Positions 1 through 11,676 of a stretch of DNA of 64,000 nucleotides are shown in pieces (the stretch's first letter is position 1; each line of letters opens with the position of its first letter). This DNA comes from Eledone cirrhosa. Its lineage: Eukaryota. The notes under the pieces were generated by a model. The model had not been told where the DNA came from. It searched no databases and saw only the letters and a list, made by a program, of their open reading frames with translations. The position numbers were made by a program, and so were the translations under genes. Location: NCBI GenBank assembly GCA_964016885.1, contig OZ024747.1:93806001-93870000 (forward strand). Reading direction: 5' to 3'.

Positions 1-3000
1 GTACATTAGATAATGTAGTCCTAGATACTCTATGTCTGATAGCCACCAATACTAACTACTGTAATGTACATTAGATAATGTAGTACTAGATACACTATGT
101 CTGATAACCACTAATACTAACTACTGTACTGTACATTAGATAATGTAGTCCTAGATACACTATGTCTGATAGCCACTAATACTAACTACTGTACATTAGA
201 TAATGTAGTGCTAGATACACTATGTCTGATAGCCACTAATACTAACTACTGTACTCTACATTAGATAATGTAGTCCTAGATATACTATGTCTGATAGCCA
301 CTAATACTAACTACTGTACATTAGATAATGTAGTCCTAGATATACTATGTCTGATAACCATTAATACTAACTACTGTACTCTACATTAGATAATGTAGTC
401 CTAGATATACCATGTCTGATAGCCACTAATACTAACTACTGTACATTAGATAATGTAGTCCTAGATACACTATGATAATAGCTACTAATACTAACTACTG
501 TACTGTACATTAGATAATGTAGTCCTAGATATACTATGTCTGATAGCCACTAATACTAACTACTGTACTGTACATTAGATAATGTAGTCCTAGATATAGT
601 ATGTCTGATAGCCACTAATACTAACTACTATACTGTACATTAGATAATGTAGTCCTAGATATACCATGTCTGATAGCCACTAATACTAACTACTGTACTG
701 TACAATAGATAATGTAGTCCTAGATACACTATGTCTGATAGCCACTAATACTAACTATTGTACTGTACATTAGATAATGTAGTCCTAGATATACTATGTC
801 TGATAGCCACTAATACTAACTACTGTGCTGTACATTAGATAATGTAGTCATAGATACAGTATGTCTGATAGCCACTAATACTAACTACTGTACTGTACAT
901 TAGATAATGTAGTCCTAGATACACTATGATGATAGCTACTAATACTAACGACTGTACTGTACATTAGATAATGTAGTCCTAGATATACTATGTCTAATAG
1001 CCACTAATACTAACTACTGTACTGTACATTAGATAATGTAGTCCTAGATACAGTATGTCTGATAGCCAATAATACTAACTACTATACTGTACATTAGATA
1101 ATGTAGTCCTAGATACACTATGTCTGATAGCCACTAATACTAACTACTGTACTGTACATTATATAATGTAGTCCTAGATATACTATGTCTGATAGCCACT
1201 AATACTAACTACTGTATTGTACATTAGATAATGTAGTCCTAGATATACTACGTCTGATAGCCACTAATACTAACTACTGTACATTAGATAATGTAGTCCT
1301 AGATACACTATGATGATAGCTACTAATACTAACTACTGTACTGTACATTAGATAATGTAGTCCTAGATATACTATGTCTAATAGCCACTAATACTAACTA
1401 CTGTACTGTACATTAGATAATGTAGTCCTAGATACAGTATGTCTTATGGCCACTAATATTAACTACTATACTGTACATTAGATAATGTAGTCCTAGATAC
1501 ACTATATCTGATAGCCACTAATACTAACTACTGTAATCTACATTAGATAATGTAGTCCTAGATATAGTATGTCTGATAGCCACTAATACTAACTACTATA
1601 CTGTACATTAGATAATGTAGTCCTAGATATACCATGTCTGATAGCCACCAATACTAACTACTGTAATGTACATTAGATAATGTAGTCCTAGATACACTAT
1701 GTCTGATAACCACTAATACTAACTACTGTACTGTACATTAGATAATGTAGTCCTAAACACACTATGTCTGATAGCCACTAATACTAACTACTGTACATTA
1801 GATAATGTAGTCATAGATACACTATGTCTGATAGCCACTAATACTAACTACTGTACTGTACATTAGATAATGTAGTCCTAGATACAGTATGTCTGATAGC
1901 CACTAATACTAACTACTGTACTCTACATTAGATAATGTAGTCCTAGATATACTATGTCTGATAGCCACTAATAGTAACTACTGTACATTAGATAATGTAG
2001 TCCTAGATATACTATGTCTGATAGCCCCTAATACTAACTACTGTACTGTACATTAGATAATGTAGTCCTAGATACACTATGTCTGATAGCCACTAATACT
2101 AACTACTGTACTCTACATTAGATAATGTAGTCCTAGATATACCATGTCTGATAGCCACTAATACTAACTACTGTACATTAGATAATGTAGTCCTAGATAC
2201 TCTATGTCTGATAGCCACCAATACTAACTACTGTACTGTACATTAGATAATGTAGTCCTAGATACACTATGTCAGATAGCCACTAATACTAATTACTATA
2301 CTGTACATTAGATAATGTAGTCCTAGATACACTATGATGATAGCTACTAATACTAACTACTGTACTGTACATTAGATAATGTAGTCCTAGATATAGTATG
2401 TCTGATAGCCACTAATACTAACTACTATACTGTACATTAGATAATGTAGTCCTAGATATAGCATGTCTGATAGCCACTAATACTAACTACTGTACTGTAC
2501 ATTAGATAATGTAGTCCTAGATACACTATGTCTGATAGCTACTAATACTAACTACTGTACTGTACATTAGATAATGTAGTCCTAGATACACTATGTCTGA
2601 TAACCACTAATACTAACTACTGTACTCTACATTAGATAATGTAGTCCTAGATATACTATGTCTGATAGCCACTAATACTAACTACTGTACTGTACATTAG
2701 ATAATGTAGTCCTAGATATACTATGTCTGATAGCCACTAATACTAACTACTGTACTCTACATTAGATAATGTAGTCCTAGATATACTATGTCTGATAGCC
2801 ACTAATACTAACTACTGTACTGTACATTAGATAATGTAGTCCTAGATACAGTATGTCTGATAGCCACTAATACTAACTACTGTACTGTACATTAGATAAT
2901 GTAGTCCTAGATACAGCATGTCTGATAACCACTATACTGTACATTAGATAATGTAGTCCTAGATACACTATGTCTGATAGCCACTAATACTAACTACTGT

Positions 3001-4277
3001 ACTCTACATTAGATAATGTAGTCCTAGATATAGTATGTCTGATAGCCACTAATACTAACTACTATACTGTACATTAGATAATGTAGTCCTAGATATACCA
3101 TGTCTGATAGCCACTAATACTAACTACTGTACTGTACATTAGATAATGTAGTCCTAGATATACTATGTCTGATAGCCACTAATACTAACTACTGTACTGT
3201 ACATTAGATAATGTAGTCCTAGATACAGTATGTCTGATAGCCACTAATACTAACTACTATACTGTACATTAGATAATGTAGTCCGAGATACACTATGTCT
3301 GATAGCCACTAATACTAACTACTGTACTCTACATTAGATAATGTAATCCTAGATACAGTATGTCTGATAGCCACTAATACTAACTACTGTACTGTACATT
3401 AGATAATGTAGTCCTAGATACTCTATGTCTAATAGCCACCAATACTAACTACTGTACTGTACATTAGATAATGTATTCCTAGATACAGTATGTCAGATAG
3501 CCACTAATAATAATTACTATACTGTACATTAGATAATGTAGTCCTAGATACACTATGTCTGATAACCACTAATACTAACTACTGTACTGTACATTAGATA
3601 ATGTAGTCCTAGATACACTATGTCTGATAGCCACTAATACTAACTACTGTACATTAGATAATGTAGTCCTAGATACACTATGTCTGATAGCCACTAATAC
3701 TAACTACTGTACTGTACATTAGATAATGTAGTCCTAGATACAGTATGTCTGATAGCCACTAATACTAACTACTGTACTCTACATTAGATAATGTAGTCCT
3801 AGATACACTATGTCTGATAGCCACTAATACTAACTACTGTACTCTACATTAGATAATGTAGTCCTAGATATACCATGTCTGATAGCCACTAATACTAACT
3901 ACTGTACTGTACATTAGATAATGTAGTCCTAGATACACTATGTCAGATAGCCACCAATACTAATTACTATACTGTACATTATATAATGTAGTCCTAGATA
4001 CACTATGTCTGATAACCACTAATACTAACTACTGTACTCTACATTAGATAATGTAGTCCTAGATATACCATGTCTGATAGCCACTAATACTAACTACTGT
4101 ACATTAGATAATGTAGTCCTAGATACACTATGTCTGATAGCTACTAATACTAACTACTGTACTGTACATTAGATAATGTAGTCCTAGATATACTATGTCT
4201 GATAGCCACTAATACTAACTACTGTACATTAGATAATGTAGTCCTAGATACACTATGATGATAGCTACTAATACTAA
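1..4277. repeat. 65-bp tandem satellite with 60-bp variants, left block
   Basis: Consensus CTGTA(CTGTA)CATTAGATAATGTAGTCCTAGATACACTATGTCTGATAGCCACTAATACTAACTA repeats without a break. Each monomer contains the palindrome TACATTA-GA-TAATGTA. The array runs off the window edge. Confidence 0.97.
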
Positions 4278-6966
4278 TATTAAACACAAAAGCCTTCCCT
4301 AGTGAGGAATGTACATCCCAACATAGCTTAGTTGTCAGCGACCTCACGGTCAGAACTAGACGAGCCCTGAAACAGAGGCCAACCTGGAGAAGAAAGATCT
4401 GGAAGCTGAAAGTCCCCTCAACCAGTAACAGATTTAAAGATATTTTACTCAACGCCTACGACAGTAAAGAAGAACAGATAGAGACATTTAACGTAGAAGA
4501 GAACTGGGAGTTCCTAAAAAATAACTTACTAGAGGCGACGGATGAGGTTTGTGGCTGGAGTAAGACCTCAAGCAGGAGGAGAGTGACTTGGTGGTGGAAC
4601 AATAAGGTAGATGAAGCAGTCAAGGCCAAGAGACAGGCATGGAAAGAATGGAAGAACGGGGGGAGCAGGGTACATTACATAGAGACCAAGAGGGAAGCTA
4701 GGCGACAAGTATACTTAGCTAGGAGGGAAGCAGAGGATAGAAAATTCAAGCATGTTTTACAACGTGAGGACCAGAAACAGGAGGTATTCAAGATTGCGAG
4801 GCAGTGTGTCAGAGATAGTTGTGATGTCATTGGAGAGAAGTGTATCCGGAATGATAAAGGTGAGCTTGCCCTCACAAGTGCTGAGAAGAAAGATGCATGG
4901 AAGAGTCATTATGATAGATTACTAAATGAGGAGAATGCATGGGAAGAAGAGACCCTACCCCACGTAGACCCTATAGAGGGACCAGCAGTACAAGTCAGCG
5001 GCAGCGTAGTAAGTAAGGCAATCAGAGATATGAAGATAGGGAAGGCAACCGGTCCATCGGGTATAGCTGCCGAGATGCTGAAGGCATCTGGGTCTGTAGG
5101 TCACACTATAACCACACGTATCGTTAACCAGGTAATACTAGAGGGGGCCATACCAAAAGATTGGTGCAGTAGCATCATTGTCAACTGCTACAAAGGTAAA
5201 GGCGATGCACTAGATAGAGGAAACTATAGAGGTATAAAGTTGATGGACCAGGTCATGAAAGTAACAGAAAGAGTTATAGCACAGCTGATTAGGGACCGGG
5301 TGAATATAGACGAGATGCAATTTGGGTTTGTTCCAGGGAAAGGCACCACTGATGCGCTCTTCCTTGTGAGGCAATTACAGGAAAAGTACCTAGCTAAAAG
5401 TAAGCCACTCTACTTGGCATTTGTCGACCTTGAGAAAGCCTTTGACAGAGTTCCACGTGCAGTAATCTGGTGGGCTCTTAGAAAACTAGGAGTAGATGAA
5501 TGGCTTGTGAAAGCGGTACAAGCCATGTATAGGGGAGCAGTCAGCAAAGTTAGGATTGGCAATGAGTATAGCGAGGAATTTAGCGTACAGGTTGGGGTCC
5601 ACCAGGGCTCTGTTCTTAGCCCTCTCCTGTTCATCATAGTCCTGCAGGCAATAACGGAGGAGTTTAAGACCGGATGCCCATGGGAACTCCTGTATGCTGA
5701 TGACCTCGCACTCATAGCTGAATCTATGGTAGAACTAGAGAATAAATTCCAAACCTGGAAGCAGGGACTAGAGAGAAAGGGCCTCAAAGTCAACATGACA
5801 AAGACTAAGGTCCTTATAAGTAGACGAGAAAACAGAACCCAGATCCCCTCAGGGAAATGGCCTTGCTCAGTATGTAGGAAAGGTGTAGGTAGGAACTCCA
5901 TTCTTTGCCCCAAATGCAAACAATGGGTACACAAGAGATGTAGCGGGATCTCAGGAAGCTTAATTAAGAATGTAGGATTCACATGCAGCAGCTGTGCTGA
6001 AACAGCAAGCAAACAGCCACAGGAAACAAGTACCACCAATCTCTGGGAGGGCCCTGTAGAAACAGTAGACAGCTTCTGCTACCTAGGTGACCGAATTAGC
6101 AACGGAGGTGGGTGCTCAGAAAGTACAATAACTAGGGTAAGAACGGGATGGAAGAAGTTTAGGGAACTACTACCACTGCTAGCTGCAAAAGGCTTCTCCC
6201 TCAGAATGAAAGGCAGACTGTATGATGCGTGTATCCGAACAGCGATGTTGCATGGTAGTGAGACCTGGGCGCTGAAGGTGGAAGACTTACGTAGATTAGA
6301 GAGAAACGAAGCCTGCATGCTCCGATGGATGTGTAACAGTAATATACGTGAACGACAAAGCAAAAATGAATTGAGAGAGAGACTGAGCATAAGAGGAATC
6401 AAATGCTGCGTGCAGGAGAGGCGGTTACGCTGGTATGGACATGTGATGCGTATGAAGGATGACAGCTGCATAAAAAGGTGCAGAGCACTAGAAGTTGATG
6501 GAAACCGCGGAGTGGGGAGACCCAAGATGACTTGGGATGAGGTGATAAAAGCCGACCTTACCCAACTACACCTCTCAAAGTCAATGACACACGACCGTGA
6601 CTTCTGGCGTCACGCAGTAATACAGGGTACCCGACCTCCCATGGGTACATGCTGAAGCATATAAACAATATGCCCCCCCCCCCCCCCCCCCACCGCAAGG
6701 TGGTCGTGGAGGTGCCACGGCAAAAAAGCACCCAGCCCACACTGTAAAGTGGACGTGTAGGCGCCACGAAAAAGCACCCAGCACTCACTGTAAATGAGGT
6801 TGGTGTTAGGAAGGGCATCCAGCTGTAGAAATCAAGCCAGATCAGTTCCTGTATGAGCAAGGCATGGTCAGCCGACCAGACACTGCCCACAACAGGACAA
6901 CCCGTCTAACCCATGCTAGCGTGGAAGAACGGACGTAAAACGGTGATGATGATGATGATGATGATG
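4278..6966 (+). mobile_element. 5'-truncated RTE-clade LINE (family 1) inserted into the satellite
   Basis: RT-encoding ORF, a 3' UTR and a (GAT)n tail. The satellite resumes after the tail, with ACTAA present at both junctions (4273-4277 and 6967-6971). Confidence 0.93.
4583..6655 (+). CDS. RTE reverse transcriptase, N-terminally truncated, with PHD-type finger
   Basis: Motifs NYRGIKL, QFGF, FVDLEKAFDRV, GVHQGSVLSP, YADD, FCYLG, RLRWYGHV, GRP. The frame stays open upstream to about 4274 (NTKAFPSEECTSQH, end of the APE domain). Confidence 0.92.
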   Translation: MTWWWNNKVDEAVKAKRQAWKEWKNGGSRVHYIETKREARRQVYLARREAEDRKFKHVLQREDQKQEVFKIARQCVRDSCDVIGEKCIRNDKGELALTSAEKKDAWKSHYDRLLNEENAWEEETLPHVDPIEGPAVQVSGSVVSKAIRDMKIGKATGPSGIAAEMLKASGSVGHTITTRIVNQVILEGAIPKDWCSSIIVNCYKGKGDALDRGNYRGIKLMDQVMKVTERVIAQLIRDRVNIDEMQFGFVPGKGTTDALFLVRQLQEKYLAKSKPLYLAFVDLEKAFDRVPRAVIWWALRKLGVDEWLVKAVQAMYRGAVSKVRIGNEYSEEFSVQVGVHQGSVLSPLLFIIVLQAITEEFKTGCPWELLYADDLALIAESMVELENKFQTWKQGLERKGLKVNMTKTKVLISRRENRTQIPSGKWPCSVCRKGVGRNSILCPKCKQWVHKRCSGISGSLIKNVGFTCSSCAETASKQPQETSTTNLWEGPVETVDSFCYLGDRISNGGGCSESTITRVRTGWKKFRELLPLLAAKGFSLRMKGRLYDACIRTAMLHGSETWALKVEDLRRLERNEACMLRWMCNSNIRERQSKNELRERLSIRGIKCCVQERRLRWYGHVMRMKDDSCIKRCRALEVDGNRGVGRPKMTWDEVIKADLTQLHLSKSMTHDRDFWRHAVIQGTRPPMGTC

Positions 6967-7772
6967 ACTAACTACTGTACTGTACATTAGATAATGTAGT
7001 CCTAGATACACTATGTCTGATAGCCACTAATACTAACTACTGTACTCTACATTAGATAATGTAGTCCTAGATATACTATGTCTGATAGCCACTAATACTA
7101 ACTACTGTACTGTACATTAGATAATGTAGTCCGAGATACAGTATGTCTGATAGCCACTAATAGTAACTACTGTACATTAGATAATGTAGTCCTAGATACA
7201 CTATGTCTGATAGCCACTAATACTAACTACTGTACTCTACATTAGATAATGTAGTCCTAGATATAGTATGTCTGATAGCCACTAATACTAACTACTATAC
7301 TGTACATTAGTTAATGTAGTCCTAGATATACCATGTCTGATAGCCACTAATACTAACTACTGTACTGTACATTAGATAATGTAGTCCTAGATACACTATG
7401 TCTGATAGCCACTAATACTAACTACTGTACTGTACATTAGATAATGTAGTCCTAGATATACTATGTCTGATAGCCACTAATACTAACTACTGTACTGTAC
7501 ATTAGATAATGTAGTCCTAGATATACTATGTCTGATAGCCACTAATACTAACTACTGTACTGTACATTAGATAATGTAGTCCTAGATACAGTATGTCAGA
7601 TAGCCACTAATACTAATTACTACACTGTACATTAGATAATGTAGTCCGAGATACACTATGTCTGATAACCAGTAATACTAACTACTGTACTGTACATTAG
7701 ATAATGTAGTCCTAGATACACTATGTCTGATAGCCACTAATACTAACTACCGTACATTAGATAATGTAGTCC
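6967..7772. repeat. 65-bp tandem satellite, right block
   Basis: Same monomer as 1-4277; it ends about 20 bp from the donor of MEI1 exon 21. Confidence 0.97.
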
Positions 7773-7794
7773 AAGCTTGACAATGCCCACCTAC

Positions 7795-7866
7795 CTGTGT
7801 TATGATCCAATGAAGCAATAAAGTGGATTTCTTTACAAATTCCTCACTAGGGACTGTCACCATAAC
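7795..7866 (-). CDS. MEI1: MEI1 coding exon 21 (VMVTVPSEEFVKKSTLLLHWIITQ)
   Basis: tttgcag acceptor and gtaggt donor, 72 nt, phase 0/0, open frame. Similarity to MEI1 is weak here. Confidence 0.65.
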
Positions 7867-8024
7867 CTGCAAAGTGGAGGTAACAGGACTTTAGCATGTG
7901 TATATATATGTGTCTATATATATATATATATATGTTTGTGTGTGTATTTATATATACGTATATATGTGTGTATACACACACACATATATATATATTTACT
8001 CCACTAAACTGTTGAGTGCTTTAC

Positions 8025-8078
8025 ATCAGTTATAACAATGTTTAAGCTTGTTGAATCCCAACAAATTAAATATAACCT
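8025..8078 (-). CDS. MEI1: MEI1 coding exon 20 (RLYLICWDSTSLNIVITD)
   Basis: tgcag acceptor and gtaaag donor, 54 nt, phase 0/0; unique sequence between microsatellites. Skipping it would also preserve the frame. Confidence 0.55.
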
Positions 8079-8082
8079 CTGC

Positions 8083-8113
<31 letters not shown>

Positions 8114-8167
8114 AATATATATATATATATATATATATAATGATGATGATGATGATATATATATATA

Positions 8168-8598
8168 TGCGATGGCTGGAGAGAAATGAGGCAAGCATGC
8201 TCCGTTGGATGTGCAATGTCAACGTGCGTGAAAGCATAGATGTGTTGAGAGAGAAACTGTGTATAAGAGGGATAAGTTGCAGTGTGTGGGAGAGAAGACT
8301 GAGGTGGTATGGGTATGTGATGTGTTGAGAGAGAAACTATGTATAAGAGGGATAAGTTGTGGTGTGGGGGAATGTAGACTGAGGTGGTATGGACATGTGA
8401 TGCGCATGGAAGATGACCGCTGGGTAAAGAAGTGTCAAGAAATCCCAGTTGAAAGAAGACGTGGTAGAGGTAGACCACGAAAAACATGGGCCGAGGTGGT
8501 GAGAGCAGACCTCAGATTGCTGAAGCTCACGGAGGAGATGACGAAGGACCGTGACAAGTGGAGAGATGCTGTGCTGAATAAGACCCGTCCCACCCTTA
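8168..8598 (+). mobile_element. RTE family 3 C-terminal fragment with two copies of an 80-bp unit
   Basis: Encodes LERNEASMLRWMC, RLRWYGHVMRM and GRPRKTW. TTGAGAGAGAAACT recurs at 80-bp spacing. Confidence 0.88.
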
Positions 8599-8661
8599 TA
8601 TATTCATATATACACACACATATATATTTATATATACACATACACACATATATTCATATAC

Positions 8662-8722
<61 letters not shown>

Positions 8723-8809
8723 CACACACATACATATATACACACACATAGATACACACACACACATATACACAAATGTATTCATATCTACACACATACA
8801 TACACACAC

Positions 8810-9233
8810 ATCATCATCATCATCGTTTAACGTCCATCTTCCACGCTTGCATGGGTTTGGACGGGAGTTTTCCCACTTGAGGCAAGATTGGTTGTCCTGC
8901 TCGTATAGGACTGTCTGGCGGGTTTTCTACAGCTGGATGCCCTTCCTAACACCAACTACATTTACAGTGCGGACTGGGAGGTTTTTACCGTGTTACCTAC
9001 ACGGCCACATTACAGCGTGGTCTGTGTGTTTTTTTGTCGTGACACCTACACGTCTGGCGGGTTTTCTACGGCTGGATGCTCTTCCTAACACCAACCACGT
9101 TTACAGTGTGGGTTGGGAGGTTTTTACCGTGTTACCTACACGGCCACATTACAGCGTGGACTGTGTGTTTTTTTGTCGTGACACCTACACGACCTCATTT
9201 GTTTCGGACTGGATGTTGTGGTACCAACATAAC
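8810..9233 (-). mobile_element. RTE 3' UTR and tail fragment
   Basis: (CAT)n tail plus a reverse-complement match to the 3' UTR at 44860-45270. Confidence 0.85.
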
Positions 9234-9332
9234 ATACACACACACATATATATATACACACACACATATATATACATATATATATACACACACACACATA
9301 TATATATATACACACATACATATATACACACA

Positions 9333-9364
<32 letters not shown>

Positions 9365-9410
9365 TACATACATATATATACATACCACACCAATCAAGAT
9401 CTCAACTTAC

Positions 9411-9629
9411 AAAGAGGCACTGAAGGAATCTGCGACAGCCTACCAGTGTCGCAGGGAGCACCGCATCTCCTCTAGTGCCACCATTACCGTCCTCTTGGTG
9501 ACACACAGTTGTCTCTTTGATCGCCTCACTCCTGGACTCCTTGCTGGACGAGGACATCTTCAGAGCAGCGTCTTCCTCAAGACATATCTCCAACTCTTTC
9601 ACTGACATTCCACCAAACCAGTACTCCAG
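9411..9629 (-). CDS. MEI1: MEI1 coding exon 19 ([19 protein letters not shown]...FLQCLF)
   Basis: tttcag and gtaagt, 219 nt, phase 0/0. V|LEYWF resembles vertebrate MEI1 VLELWF. Confidence 0.85.
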
Positions 9630-9644
9630 CTGAAATGGTAAAAA

Positions 9645-9675
<31 letters not shown>

Positions 9676-9682
9676 TGTGTTT

Positions 9683-9713
<31 letters not shown>

Positions 9714-9802
9714 ATATATGTGTTTATATATATATATATATGTATATAACATATATAAACACATGTATATACATATATAAACACACATATATACATATAT
9801 AA

Positions 9803-9852
<50 letters not shown>

Positions 9853-10507
9853 ATATATACATATATATATATATAAACTTGACATAACTATTATCATCTT
9901 ATATTCTCTCAACTAATCACATTTGATCATATTTCTCTATCCCGTTTTCTCCCCCCATAATTATAATATTTTTATTTTTATTTGAAAAAATCGGTTTTTT
10001 TACATTGTGTTTTCCCCTCCAAATACTCGCTTATATTTCTTTATATATTCTCTATATATTTTTTTTTTTACATATATATTTTTTATCTTTATTATTTCCA
10101 CTTTTATCCTCCTTTATATTTTACCTTATTCTTACTTTTATACCTTATTATAGTGTAATCTTCCCCATGCCTTATTATACATTATTAATTATAGATTATT
10201 ATTATTACTCTTTTTCCATTTCTAATTACCTCATGTACTTTCTCCTCCGTTATATATATATATATTGTATGCCCTTTGTGTTTGTGTAGCCTCTGCACAC
10301 CATCTGCACCATACTATCGACGCCACCCCATCTATGGTTCAGCTAACCACTCGACTCCCGGGAATGAATATGACCGCAGCTAGTAAACAAGGACCCACAC
10401 CCCACCCTCCCACACCAAAATTAGACTTATCGTCCCCTACTTTTGTTCTTTACTCTCTTTGTTCTTGAATGTTTGGTTGGTAGAGTCCATAACACCAATC
10501 AAACCCC

Positions 10508-10567
10508 TTTTATAGCTCTGACGAATCCTATGGTTACATAAGGAAGAAACATTGTAAGCCAATAAAA
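10508..10567 (+). ncRNA. Putative minimal type I hammerhead ribozyme, degenerate, likely a Penelope pLTR remnant
   Basis: TTTTAT-A-GCT / CTGACGA / hairpin TCCTATG-GTTA-CATAAGGA / GAAAC-ATT-GTA / AGC-CA-ATAAAA: the core boxes are in order and stems I and II can pair. Confidence 0.55.
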
Positions 10568-10720
10568 ATCTTTTGATGTTGTAGACGCTCTTGTGTTCTT
10601 TATCATATATACTTATATATATAAACACATATATACATATATATATATATATAAACACATATATACATATATATATATAAACACATATATAGATATATAC
10701 ATATAAACACATATACACAC

Positions 10721-11401
10721 ATAAACGAACTAAGGAAAAAATTAGAGATAAGAGGGATCAGATGTTGTTTACTCGAGAGAAGGCTACGTTGGTATGGACA
10801 CGTGATGCGCATGAAAGTCGATAGCTGTATAACAAAGTGCAGGGCAATAAAGATAGACGGTAGTCACGGAATAGGCAGACCTAGAAAAACCTGGGACGAG
10901 CTGATAAACTCCGACATCACACACTTACACCTCTCCAAGACAATGTCACTGGACCGAGACCTTTGGCGGTACTCAGTAACAGAGAAGACCCGCCTTACCT
11001 AAATATATAGTAAAACCTACTCCAGCCAGTAGGCATCTCTAACAAAATACACCCCGTCCCACCACCCCGCCCCCACCCCATCCACACCACCCCGTTCTAT
11101 GTAAAGTTATGTTGGTGCCGCGCCATCGAGGCCGAAACAAATGAGATCGTGTAGGTGTCACGACAAAAAAACACAGTCCACGCTGTAATGTGGCCGTGTA
11201 GGCAACACGGTAAAAACCTCCCAGACCCACACTGTAAATGTGGTTGGTGTTAGGAAGGGCATCCAACTGTAGAAAACCTGCCAGACAGTCCTATGCGAGC
11301 AAGACAATCACTCTTGCCTCAAGTGGGACTACCCCCGTCCAAACCCATGCAGGCGTGGAACACGGACGTTAAACGTTGATGATGATGATGATGATGATGA
11401 T
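10721..11401 (+). mobile_element. 5'-truncated RTE family 2 copy (subfamily b)
   Basis: C-terminus ...EKTRLT*, 3' UTR and (GAT)n tail. Shares diagnostic variants with the copy at 52371-56446. Confidence 0.9.
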
Positions 11402-11473
11402 ATAAACACATATATACATATATATATATATATATATAAACACATATATACATATATATATATATAAACACAT

Positions 11474-11511
<38 letters not shown>

Positions 11512-11676
11512 ACATATAAATATATACACTTATATACATATATATATATAAACACATATATACATATATATATATAAACACATATATACATATATATATA
11601 TATATAAACACATATATATATGTATATATATATATAAACACATATATATATATATAAACACATATACATATATATA

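Noticed and set aside
5410-6525. Conserved antisense ORFs inside the RTE copies
   Set aside because: They are shadows of the sense coding frame, shared only because the elements are related.
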